Shown: positions 13,303 through 24,750 of the stretch, piece after piece
Layout: every line of letters begins with the position of its first letter
Position numbering within the stretch: the stretch's first letter is position 1
Source: Folioceros fuciformis
Lineage: Eukaryota
NCBI GenBank assembly: GCA_049999805.1
Contig: JBNGIO010006005.1
Location: 1-47,690 of the forward strand
Direction of reading: 5' to 3'
DNA length: 47,690 bases
The notes under the pieces: generated by a model
What the model was told of the DNA's origin: nothing
The model's database searches: none
What the model saw: only the letters and a program-made list of their open reading frames with translations
Translations under genes and position numbers: made by a program

Positions 13303-13993
13303 CAGCAGACCAGCGCACGAAATATTTCGGATTTTGAAGAAGCTCCGATGTCTGTACCATACACGAGCCCCTGTGCACTGGATGAATTTGTCTGGTGCTG
13401 CCGTCATCTGTGTACATGAATTTTGGTAGATGTATCTACAACGGGAGGGAACAATTTTGTCAAGACCCCTGATGGCTGAAGCTTAGCAGCTGAAGTATGG
13501 GGGGCCTAGGAATCGGTAGTGGGAATCTGAGAGCTCATTTACAACACGGCTAGGAACGTAGTATAGCGTTAGGCTCGCCAGCAGTGAGTTTGTTATGGTC
13601 GCCTTACAGTTTGGACTATGAGCGGCTTGAGGGAGAATCTGGGAAGCCTTGCGAGCTTCCTCAAATGCTTCCTTCGACCTAAACGATGTTTCTCCGGATG
13701 CTTCCTGTGTGGCAGACATGATGGAAAACTGTCGTATCTTTCCTGAAATTGCGTCCTCTGAATTTTGGCACTGTCGAATCTTAGCCCCCTTTAGGCAGTC
13801 GGAGGCTTTGTGGCGGCTGCAAGCTGCCAATTTGGTGCTTGGGGCGCAGAAGATCTATATAACCCATGTCCAGAATTTTGTTTGCACGTTCGCGCACCGG
13901 CACTGTGTGTGCCATCTGTGTCACTAGCAAGTGACGGCGAGAAGGGGTTTCCCCTGGCCAATGCGACCTAGGTGATCCTCAGAGTCATCAGGA

Positions 13994-16578
13994 ATGCAGT
14001 TGCACACGCTGGCGGTGAGAGCCAGCACTTCACCTCTGATACGGAGTAGTGATGTGGATTCGCGACATATCCTGAGAGCAGTGGAGCTCGCAGATAAATC
14101 TGCAGGGCTCACCGCCCCTCATCCAAATGCTGGATGCGTCATTGCTCGTGGGCCTCAAGTTGTCGGGGAAGGATTCTTGTACGCCCAAGGATCTCGTTGC
14201 GCTGAGCTCCAGGCTGTGGAGAGAGCAGGAGAGCTGGCCAGAGGTGCCACCGCTTATGTGAATTTGGAGCCAAGCGACTGCCACGGCGATGATGTTGCGG
14301 TGTCTGCCTTGAAGCAGGTCAGTACCTCAACTCCCAAATTATGACTGGAGAATGCAACTTTGAGCTTGTTTATTCCGTTGTTTGAAATGGCTCATCATAC
14401 CTGTGCAGTTTGATTGTGTTTCAAGCGCGTTGGAGGGGAACCTCACATGAATGATTGCAGGCTGGAGTGTCAAGGGTAGTGGTGGGTCTTCGGCATCCTT
14501 TTGCACATCTCCGAGGGTCAGCAATTAAGGCCTTGAGAAGTTTGAGCACCCTAGTTGATGTGCTTGGCGAAGATCTGCAGGCGGATTCTAGTACTGAGGT
14601 GTGTCCAACCGTTCTGTCTCTGCTCCTCCCTGTGAACGCAACGACGATGATGTCCTGTTTGCTTATACACGGGTTTTCTCTCGTCCAGAAGGCATTAAGG
14701 GCTTGTCAGCTTGTGAATGCGCCAATTCTCTACAGGGCCACGCATGGCATTCCCTTTTCGGTCTTGAAGTATGCCATGACCCTGGATGGTGAGCATCGTG
14801 AGCAGGTTTGGTTCCGTGAGAACCTGATTCTTCGTTTCAACGCTGACGGGATAAAATGTACGTGCTGTTTCTCTTATATTGTGTGCAGGTAAAATTGCTG
14901 CTAGCACAGGTCATGCATCTTGGGTTTCGTCTAAGCAGTCACGACAACGCGTTTTCGCAACCAGAGGAAGAAGCGATGCGATCATCGTCGGAGGGAACAC
15001 TGTCAGGCGAGACAGTAAGATCCCCCTTGGTCACATGTTACTGACTCGTGAAATCGGTTGGCTCAGACAGCAGAGAGGTGTCTCATATCTGAACTTGGAC
15101 GTGTAGATCCTCGCTTGACAACTCGTCAAGATGGTGGTCACCTGCCAGCACGCATCATCATGTCACGGACCCTAAACCTACCAGAGGATCTGAACTTGTG
15201 GGACGTGTCAACGACACCAACCATTCTGATGACTCAACGGGGTGCCCGGCGAGATTTTCAGAGAAAGCTAGTTTCTAGAGGGGTGGAGGTCGTGGAGTTT
15301 GATTTTCTGACCCCAAGAGGTGTGATGGACTACTGCCATCAGCGTGGATTTCTATCTGTCCTGTGGGAATGTGGTGGGACGTTATCCGCTCCCGCCATTG
15401 GCAGTGGTGTGATTCATAAGGCAAGGGCCTGTTCAGACGCAATGTTACTGCATGATATGGTTTCCGCTCTTGCCGTTCTCCCTTCCCTCCGTAATTATGA
15501 CCAGCTTGTTTCTCCTGAAGACAGGTCATTGCTTTTGTGGCCCCAAAGATCATCGGCGGTGTGACTGCTCCAGCTCCTGTAGGCGACTTGGGAATGGTGG
15601 AAATGACTCAAGCTCTTAATCTTTCTGATATTTCATACGAACAGGTGTGGTACTGAAAGTTGAAAGTTGTGCTCGCCTTCCAAGTTCTCAAATACAGCAT
15701 GGTTTGAGTGCTAGACCTCAAGTATCCTGCATTTTTTCGCAGGTTGGACCTGACATGCTCATCACCGGGTACGTACAACCCATCCCTCCTGTGGATCCAA
15801 GCGTTCCTGGTTTTGTGCAAGCGATTCCTGGAGCAAAGCTGGCAGATGCATTACCTGCAGTCATCTACTTCTACAAAGCTTGGGACCCCTACGGTGCTCT
15901 CTCCAATTACGCCCCTTATCCAATCATCATGTTTAATGCCGAAGGCGATGCAGAGCCGTGGGCAACTGTGGAACACTACTATCAGGTCTTTTCTGTTTCT
16001 TCATCGTCGGCCATCTACCTTGCCCTGACCCAGTGATTGTGGTTTCCTCACTCTCACGAGCCAACCTTCTTCCTCTTACAGGCACAAAAGTTTGCAGGAG
16101 TCGACAGTCCTTATGCATACGATGCCATCGCACAGATTCAGGGAGTGAAAAGCCCCGAGGAGGCATCTCGCATAGGCCGCACATTGGCTAGACAACGGCC
16201 CGATGTGGTATGCACGTTTTCTGTCCCGACGACCTGTTTTAGGCATTAGTAGTTGAGTGTGCTCATGGAGAAAAGGGTCCTCTTGTTCTGCAGGTGCGTC
16301 CGGACTGGTGTGAACAGAAAGTGGTGGTGATGCGCAAAGCTCTGGAGTCCAAGTTCTCATCGTACCCGGCTCTTCGGTCGGTGTTGCTGTCAACCGGTGA
16401 GGCTGTGTTGGCGGAGTCGTCACCCCACGACGTCTTCTGGGGAACAGGAAGAGATGGGAAGGGAGCGAATAATCTGGGTCGTCTGCTGATGCAACTACGG
16501 TCAGATCTGAGGTCGGAGTGCTGTACAGATTCCAACGGTAGACCAGCTCCAGTTGATGCTCCAACGGCCGTGGGCTAG
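13994..16578 (+). CDS. PYRR: Riboflavin biosynthesis protein PyrR (inactive deaminase-like domain + pyrimidine reductase + C-terminal COG3236/NADAR N-glycosidase). Exons 13994-14317, 14461-14598, 14689-14788, 14889-15014, 15107-15420, 15525-15644, 15743-15985, 16082-16207, 16294-16578.
   Basis: The deaminase-like domain lacks Zn ligands (CAELQA, LEPSDCHGD). Reductase motifs are KYAMTLDGKIA, GGNTVRRDNPRLT, LWECGGTL and VIAFVAPKIIGG. NADAR motifs are EHYYQAQKF, VRPDW and ESSPHDVFWGTGRDGKGANNLGRLLMQLR. The start codon is uncertain because the apparent transit peptide is short. Confidence 0.93.
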
Positions 16579-18660
16579 GAAACCGAAGGGGCGGGGAGTG
16601 AGTTGGGTAATTTTTGGTGGAGCCAAGTCATAACCACCGAAGTTGTTTCCGTGGCAGTTGACTCAATTCATTGCATGGGAATTCATGCCCTGTCCTCAGT
16701 AGATGATTATCCTTGAGCTTTACAGGAAGACTTGCTGCTGGGCATGAGTAGTCATCAGTATGTACTCGAGATCCCGGACAGTTTTTTTTCTTCGTGGGTG
16801 GGCCTCAGTTGGAGTAAAAATGTCCCACTGATGTGACCAAATGAATTGTGTTATGTACATTGTATCTTGTCCTCGAGATGCCCCTGCGAGCCTGGGGTTT
16901 ACATCAAAGTATCAAACCGTGACGGAAAGACCCAGGTGCGGTAATCTGCATGCATGAAAGCACAGGATACGGGGAAGTGATCTCATGAGACCCGACTCCC
17001 GATGCGCTGTAGTCACTCTGACGCACATTAAGTGAGGTTGCATGGATTGCGTTTCAGGAGCATATTCCTTCCAAACTGGGACGCACAGGGAAACACACAG
17101 ATTGAGTCAAGTGCACTAACAGCAACCCACCCTACTGCACACCCATTTGCTGCAGAATATTCAGGTGTGCTGACAGACGTGAGGAACATGGATACTGTCA
17201 TGCTTTCCGATGGAAGACGCCAGCATCATGTCTTCCATTGCTCGACGAGATGGCTGGATCTCGCAACAAGTCACACAGGCTGGTGGGGGTGGGCACTGGC
17301 CGGGGACTACTGTCACTGGCCTCCCTGTCACCGAGGCAGGCACGCCTGTTGCTGTCTGCCACACATGCTCATGAGCTAACGAGAACGGGTCTCGTCTGGT
17401 ACAGTCACGAAACACTGTTCCATTCACTCTGGTTGACACCGACCAAGGTGTGAGGGCTATGCAACAATGACGACTCAGACTGATGCTGCTGCTCATGAAA
17501 CTTGTGAAACATGAATTTGTGATCCTGGAAGCTGTCCAGGAAAAGAATGGTGTCACATATAACAACAAAAATGGTCTGTACCTGACCGGGAGCCAGCAGC
17601 AGCAGCTTTACTTTCCTTTCTTTCTGATGCATGTCCCCCTTGCCCAACCAACGAAGCAGTGGATGGGGGTTGGGAAGAGAATCCAATTCATCCTCAAACT
17701 ACAAGCGATTTCCCAGCTTGCTACCATACCTCAAGCTGAAGAAGGCTGTGTCTAGCGGGAGCAAGCGAAGGACGAAACGTGAAGAAGAGCAGCAGTGTCA
17801 CTGTTGCCTGCAAAAATTTGGCCGCGTCTGGCTGAGTCAGCTGGCTAAACGCTGCCTCCTAATGGAGTCTGAGCTACGGAGCTGTTCACCTGAAGTCCCT
17901 AACGAGGATACACACAGATCAGATCAGTGTAGATGTCAGGTGATGGAACGAATCTAATCCTGAGGAGCTGAGCTGCTGTGCGGGGCTGCTGACTAATCTA
18001 GTCTAGGTAATGCTGGATGGCTTGACGACTGAATATTTCTTGAGCTTGCAGGCAGACAAGCAAAATCTACAATGTTACAAAACTTAGGAGGTCCTGTAGC
18101 TTGCCTTGCAGAGTGACAGTCGAGGGGCATGCTGTTCTCCTTGTTGTGTTGCATACACTTACTTGGGTCTTCCAAGAATTGACTGCGGCTGGTGCCCGAG
18201 AGGTGTGTGTCCGCCTCGCACTCGCCCTTGCCCTTGCTCTCCCTCTCGCTCTCGCTCTCGCCGGCGAGTCCAGCTAGCTATATAGAATGATGAAAGCCGG
18301 TGTTCTGAATAGTGGAAGCTACCAACAAACTGTTTGCTTGCACATCGAACATCGCGTTGAACCAAGAAGAGCGTTCATGGTGGTAGCTTCCAAAAAAATT
18401 GTGATTCCACCCAGCTGCCGAATAGCCTCCAACCCACAGAAGCATATCCTGCCATGGGGACAAGCGAAAGAGCGTTGTAGACTTATAAGCTGAGTGAAGG
18501 CCGGAGCTTCCTCCCGTCGCAATAGTCCGCCATAGCTGCAGCTTCGGTTGGCAACAACACCGGCCGCCTCGTGCGATTGATACGCTCTCAGACCGGTTCC
18601 GAGTGCCAAAAAGGAAGCAAGTGGCAACAATGGCTGCCCTGGCCCGACCTGTTGTGCTGA

Positions 18661-20217
18661 TCATGACCAGGAGGAGACCGCGTAAAGCGGTCGCTCCTGC
18701 CAACCCAGAAACAAGCACATATCGCCCTCCTGAAGCGTGTAGCCCTCGGAGGGGTAATGCAGGCGGAGAAGCAAGCGAGCCTGCGCCAGCGCGAAGGTGC
18801 TCAAGGGGACGTGGGAGAAGCCGGCGGCGTCCATGAATTCCGTCCACTGCTGCGAGGTCTGGTGGCGCTCAGTCCTGGCGGAGCCCTCGCAGGCGATGAT
18901 GTTGGCGATCTCGCGGCCGAAGCACATGTGCTCCACGATGATCCGCTCGGGGGAGCGCGGGGGAAGCGTGGCCTCAAGGGAGTCGAAGAGCGCGCCGTAG
19001 TGGTGCAGGGCATGGTCGAATCTGTCCTGCAACCCGGGCTGATTGTGGTTCGCCTCCCGCTCCGCTAGCGTCACCACCTGCGGCCGCAGTGCCTTCACAG
19101 CCTGCAGCAGAGCCTGAAGCGCGGCTGGCCCCTGCTCCAGGACCCGGTGCAGTGTCAGCACGCAATTGACTGCCAAGGCCTCGTCTTGAGGTGCTCCGGA
19201 GCTGGAAGCAGAAGGAAGCAGGAGGTGGTGGAGTGAGCCTTCGCCCGGGTGCGCGCAGGTGGCGAAGTCGAAGGGCAGATCCAGGGAGCGCGCGAACTCC
19301 GCCAACCGCATCCCAGTCTGCTCGAGAGACGCGGCGCTCTGGCCCGGCCCCAGGCACGCGGTGATGCGCAGGCGCGGTACGGGCTCCCGCTGCGCCAGGG
19401 CCTGCATCAGGGGCGGCCACTGCACGCCCTGCATGATCTCCAGGTCCACAATGTGCACAGCCGGCGCGGACTCGTGGAGGGCTTCGAGAATGGCCTGGTT
19501 GGCCGTGAGGTGCGCGAAGCGGATGAAAGGCGTCACCTGGTTGAGCGCCAGGTATGCCGCCTGCAGGTCCTCAGCCGACGCCGGCTGCAGGCAGGGCAGC
19601 ACGCCCGGGATGGATAGCAGCTGAGACACCGGTATGTCGCCCAGCCCAGCGCCTACGCGGCTCACAAGGGCCCCCGCCAGGAAGGCGCACAAGCGCTCCG
19701 AGGCGTCGCCCTGCGTGGACACGCGCGGGGACACGGTGAGTAGAAGCTGCAGGGCGGTCTCCCACTCGCTTCGCACCACGGCCCGCACGCAGTCGTGGAG
19801 CAGCTCCTTGAGGCTGGATGAAGAGGAGGCTGCCTGGCTAGGGCCCGGGCTGGTACCGCTCCCGCTTCCGGACCCGGACCCCGAGCCGCCTCCCCCGCCT
19901 GCGATGTTGCTGTTGCTGTCGGACGGCTCCTGCTGTTGCTGTTGCTGTTGTTGTTGTTGTTGTTGTTGGCTCTTGTTGTTGCTGGTATCCAGAGGCTGGT
20001 GAGAACCGAGCATCTGATGCAGCTGGAGGAGCAGGACGTGGAATTGCTGGTGCTGCTGCTGGTGCTCCTGCTCCTGCAATGCCTGTTGCTGTAACAGCTG
20101 ATGATGTTGCTGTTGCTCCTGCTGCTCGGGGACCCGTTGCTTCGGAGAGATGATATTACGGCCGTAAAGGTGCAGGCTGCACGGCTGCTGCGGCAGTGGG
20201 AATGGCACAGATTGCAT
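18661..20217 (-). CDS. LAS: GRAS transcription regulator, LATERAL SUPPRESSOR/MOC1 subfamily, intronless CDS with polyQ and GS-rich N-terminus
   Basis: YLALNQVTPFIRFAHLTANQAILEAL, VHIVDLEIMQGVQWPPLMQALA, AEREANHN, LFDSLEATLPPRSPER, LLLRLHYPSEGY and GWQERPLYAVSSW are LAS-type motifs. The first in-frame ATG is at 20217 (the ORF track starts at a GTG, 20238). Confidence 0.88.
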   Translation of the reverse strand: MQSVPFPLPQQPCSLHLYGRNIISPKQRVPEQQEQQQHHQLLQQQALQEQEHQQQHQQFHVLLLQLHQMLGSHQPLDTSNNKSQQQQQQQQQQQQQEPSDSNSNIAGGGGGSGSGSGSGSGTSPGPSQAASSSSSLKELLHDCVRAVVRSEWETALQLLLTVSPRVSTQGDASERLCAFLAGALVSRVGAGLGDIPVSQLLSIPGVLPCLQPASAEDLQAAYLALNQVTPFIRFAHLTANQAILEALHESAPAVHIVDLEIMQGVQWPPLMQALAQREPVPRLRITACLGPGQSAASLEQTGMRLAEFARSLDLPFDFATCAHPGEGSLHHLLLPSASSSGAPQDEALAVNCVLTLHRVLEQGPAALQALLQAVKALRPQVVTLAEREANHNQPGLQDRFDHALHHYGALFDSLEATLPPRSPERIIVEHMCFGREIANIIACEGSARTERHQTSQQWTEFMDAAGFSHVPLSTFALAQARLLLRLHYPSEGYTLQEGDMCLFLGWQERPLYAVSSWS

Positions 20218-23200
20218 CCCTCTCTTGCTTCTTTGCACCCGCTACAAATTCCACCTTCCATGCAACACCGTTGCACGAAGCCTCATCCACCTGCCAATCT
20301 CAATGCCAGCCTGGCCCAGGACCCTGAGCATTCACATACCCTTGCCCTATATGATATAGACCTAAGCGCTTGGATCCCAGCTCACATCGAGGTAGGTGTT
20401 GAATTCACGTGCTCCAGATCTGGGCTCGAGTACTCGTCCCCTTGCCTGCACCAAGAACAACGAATTGCAGCTCTTGGATGCGGCTTGGGGCTGATGCTGT
20501 TGTGGCCGACGCTACTGCACTCCGCGCCAGCGGCCGGGGCCGGCCGGCGCCGGCGCCACCTGGTGCTCCGACTTGTAAAACACACAAGTCAGAGCAAGCT
20601 ATGCGACTGGCTAGTGACGATGAATGAAGAGAGCAAGAAGGGGCAGGGGAAGGGAAAGGGGACGGGGACGGCGAAGGCGATGGCGATGGCGATGGCGATG
20701 GCGATGGCGAAGGGCAAAGGCGAGTCGGAATTTCAGCAGAGTGAAGAAGCAGCAGCCCTGATGCAAATGACAGAGGGACACAATTGGATACGGCCAGTAG
20801 AGTACAGTACAGAGGCGCACCGCATTGCCTAGAGCTTAATGTTGCTGAGCTGCAGCAGGAACTGGAATACTAGACTGGCACAGTGCTGAAACGGGCAGCA
20901 AGAGGCGGGACATGTACAGTCCTGTACATCCATGGCGCTCGCGTCCTGTAAGACGGATCTGTTGCTTCATAAGGCCTCCGAATTGATGTGCATGGAGCGA
21001 GTCCCCCGGGCTCGCGAGAGGAGATCTGCTCCAGGCTGGTGTAGAGGTGGCGCGCGACGGAGAGAGGCGAGGCGCGCGATTGAGATCCAGGGGAGGGAAG
21101 GGAAGGCAAGGGCACGGGCACGGGAAGACACGACAAGGCAAGGCAAGGCAAGGGGAGGGGAGGGAAGGCAAGCTAGTGGGTATGCAGGGGGTTGGGCAAG
21201 CACCCCAATCTGCGGTGCAGAAGCCGGCGTCCGAGATGAAGTGAAGTGCGGGGCATGAGGCAAAGAGCCTAGAGGCAGCACATCCAAAGGTAGCGCAGCG
21301 GATGAAGCTGTTCCAAGCCCTTCAACTTAGCTCTCCCAGCCTCCCGATACAATTCCAAGAGCAAGCCCGGCACGGTGGCGGCCCGAGTGTGAGGTCTGCT
21401 TCCGAGCACAAAGAGCAAGGCGACGCCGCACATGTCTACCTTTCCCTGTCCTCCATGGACTTCCCGATTGGTACCGGCGGCGGCGGCGGCGGCTACTACG
21501 AGCAAGAGCAAGGCAATGGCAGTAGGAGCGGGGCACGGCTGCGGAACAGGCGAGGTGGTGACGTCAGACAGTAGCAAATTCCGCGCTTCTTCCTGGAAGC
21601 CCCGTACTCCCACTCAAATTTCCGAAATGTCCCATGCTCTGGGCAGCACCGAATTCCGACACAGACCGGGGCGGCGCCGATCCGCATACGCGGGGGCAGG
21701 AAATCGGGGAGGTGGTCGGAGGTGTGCGCGGCCGCAACACGATCCAATGCGGGGCCGACGAAGCCCTGGTTTGGCTTGGCTTGACTTAGCTTGGCCTGGG
21801 GTCTGCCTCCCTCTCCAGTGAGGTGCTGTGAGGCTGGCTCCGAGCACACGCCTCGCCCTCGATTCCGGCAACACCAGGACTCTGTAGACGGAGGATGGAG
21901 AGAGGAGAAGACGTGATGGCTAAAGCGGCGGCCGCTTCGACTGAGAAGCGCAAAGCACGGGCTCGCGCGCGCGGGAAGAAGGCGGAGGTGAAGGTGCAGG
22001 TAAGCTTACGAGCGCTTGCAAGCAAGGCAGCAGCGGAAGCGGAAGCGGAAGCGCTAACGAAAGCCAAGCCAAGCCAAGCCAGGCGAAGCGGAGCGAAGGG
22101 AAGGGAAAGGAAGCGAGGAGGGAGAGGAAAGGGTGAAAGGGAAAGGGTAGCGAAGAAGGGGGGAGGATCAGTCGGGGCTGGAGGTGGAGCGGGCGCTTTA
22201 TCCGTTGCCGGTGGCCCACTCCCCCTCCTGCTGCCTGCTTGCTGCTGCCCGCTGCGTGCTTGCTCTTGCCTGCTGCCTGCCAGCCTTCCTTTCTTCGGCT
22301 TTTTCGTCGGCGACTTGGGCCCGGTCCCGAGTTGCGCTAAGAGGCTTCATCAGTGGGCGGCCCTGTATCCTTAATTTCGGCTGCTAATTGTTCCCAGCAC
22401 AAGATATTCCAGCAGTGACGGTGCAGGTGGAGGTGCCAGTAGGCGGAACTGGGATATAGGGGCCGTGGTTCCATAGGTGCCGGCCTCGGGTCGGGTGGGT
22501 TCGGGCCGGGCCGGGCCGGACCGGGCCGGACCGGGCCGGACCGGGCCGAACCGATGCCACTGCCACTGCCACTGCCACTGCCGCTGCCCCTGCCGGAAAT
22601 GATTACCGCCGACGTCATATGGATAATGAATAATTAGTGAGGTGGCAGAGAGTGAGTGCCTTGCCGGCGTGGCCAGCTCCCCACGTCACGCCACACTACC
22701 CATGCGGACACACTGTAGCTCCTTCCTTGCTTGCTTACCTGCACAATGCGCATACCCAGGCAGATGTTCCTAACCTTAACCCGCACAATGTGCACGAGAG
22801 GCGGACCGAGCCCGTCGGTGGTGTTGGGCCGGAGCGGGCAGCGGGCAGCGGGCAGCAGGCAGCAGGCAGCAGGCACCGCGGCCCTGGGGCCCTTCCCGAC
22901 GGAGGACATTCGTGCTTGTGGTTGAAACGCACCATGATCCAGCCCTCAGGATTACCATCACATACAGTACTGTACTGTACAGTACCGTACAGTACAGTAA
23001 TTGGGTCGTTGTTGGGGATCGCTAGACTGCAGCCTGCGATGCAATTCCTCCACCTTTATCCTCTATTGAGTCATGGGACACGGTGTTGGAGCATGTTTAG
23101 GAAATGCTTTGTGGAGTATGTGGGATTTGGCCACATGTGAAGATCATCACAATCATCCTTTGTGAGTGGCTAATGGTGGAAGGGAAGGGAAGGGAAGACG

Positions 23201-23601
23201 TTTGGAATAGTAGGAGGAAATTCAAGCATGCTCCATTCTTGGGTAGTTGGGCTTGGTCCATCTCTACTCTTGCTAGCCCTACCAACCAATCATTCTTGTG
23301 GGTGTGGGTGTGTGGGTCCATGTGGAATAGGTTTGATTTTTGTTGGAGGAAGAGTGGAGCAGGGCACTCTCTTGGGTAGTTGGGCTTGGTCCAGTTCTTC
23401 TTTGGGTCCTTCCTTTCCTCTTCTTCTTTGTACATATGAGGAGTTGACGACAACCTAGAGAGCCTCCTTAGAATGCAGTAATAGCTTCCAAAGTTGGTAC
23501 TGAAGTAGAAGGAAATGCAGCACCAAGATGCACGCCATGTCTCCATCGCCGGATCTCTCTCTCTCTCTCTTTCTCTCTTGTACTTCCCAGGTTGTTTGTG
23601 A

Positions 23602-23673
23602 GGAAGGAAGGAAGGAAGGAAGGAAGGAAGGAAGGAAGGAAGGAAGGAAGGAAGGAAGGAAGGAAGGAAGGAA
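23602..23673. repeat. (GGAA)18 microsatellite
   Basis: Read directly; followed by (GCAA)n and preceded by (CT)n. Confidence 0.95.
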
Positions 23674-24544
23674 TCAAGCAAGCAAGCAAGCGAGCACGCA
23701 TGAGATACCGGATAAAGAATAGAAACGGCAGGATATGCATACCGGACTAACTAACTGGCTATTACTTAAAAAAGAAAGGAGAAGAGGCATCGCAAGTGGA
23801 GTAGGGGAGTAATGTAATGCAATCAAGGTCGTGGTGTGGCTGGTTTACGTGAGGACGCAAACTTGAAATGTGCGTGGCGGGATATGCATGTGTGAAGGAG
23901 GGAGGGAGGGAGGGTTAAGAGGGGCTTGGTTGCTTCCGTTCCAGCCACCCACGAGACTGGGCCTTCTCCTGTTCCCTTAATAAAAATTTGAGCTTACGTG
24001 CGCTGCATACCTGCAATACCATATCCCGGTGGGGCCGCGGGGCCGTGGGGCCGTGGGATCTTTCTGTACAGAGAGTGTGAAGCCGCGACCCGAGACCCGC
24101 TCCCCGCATGCCATGCCAATTATATTAGTACTATTGTAATAGTGCGATCATTATATGATGCCACAAAGGGATGGGTAAAATGGCCTAATACAGTCTGAAA
24201 AGGCAAAGGGCAGGGCAGGGCAGGGCCTGCCGCAGATGCGCCACCGCCACGGCATCCCTTCCCGGCCCGGGCCCGGGCCCGGGCCCGGCCACGGCCCCGG
24301 GATATACGGAGACGGGAAAAAAAGGAGTCAGGACCAGGCGGAGGACAAGGACCAGGAGCCACAGTGTACCATGCCTGCCAAACTTCCATCCCCCTAAATT
24401 GAAATAGAGATTAAGCAGGAGAGGGAGATGGGCACCGACCGACAGCAGTGCGACAATTGGGCCAGATGCTGCTCTGAGGCACACTGGCGCTGGGCCAGCA
24501 TGATGATGAGTGTGGAGAAGAGGCAGCAAATGGGAGAGGTCTCC

Positions 24545-24750
24545 GAGAGGGAGAGGGAGAGGGAGAGGGAGAGGGAGAGGGAGAGGGTGAAGGCCAGGCC
24601 AGGGGGTCCAGGGGGTCCAGGGGACTCCAGGGGACTCCAGGGGACTCCAGGGGCCTCCAGGGGCCTCCAGGGGGGCCTCCAGGGGGCCTCCAGGAGCCTC
24701 AGAAGCCAGGGGGCCCAGGAGCCAGGGAGCCGGGAGCCGGGAGCCGGGGG
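24545..24750. repeat. (GAGAGG)n followed by a G-tract minisatellite (CCAGGGGACT/CCAGGGGCCT units)
   Basis: Read directly; many G3-G6 runs on the + strand. Confidence 0.85.

Noticed and set aside
18288-18310. ATGATGA...CTGA as a C/D-box snoRNA
   Set aside because: No terminal D box at a suitable distance and no recognisable rRNA guide.
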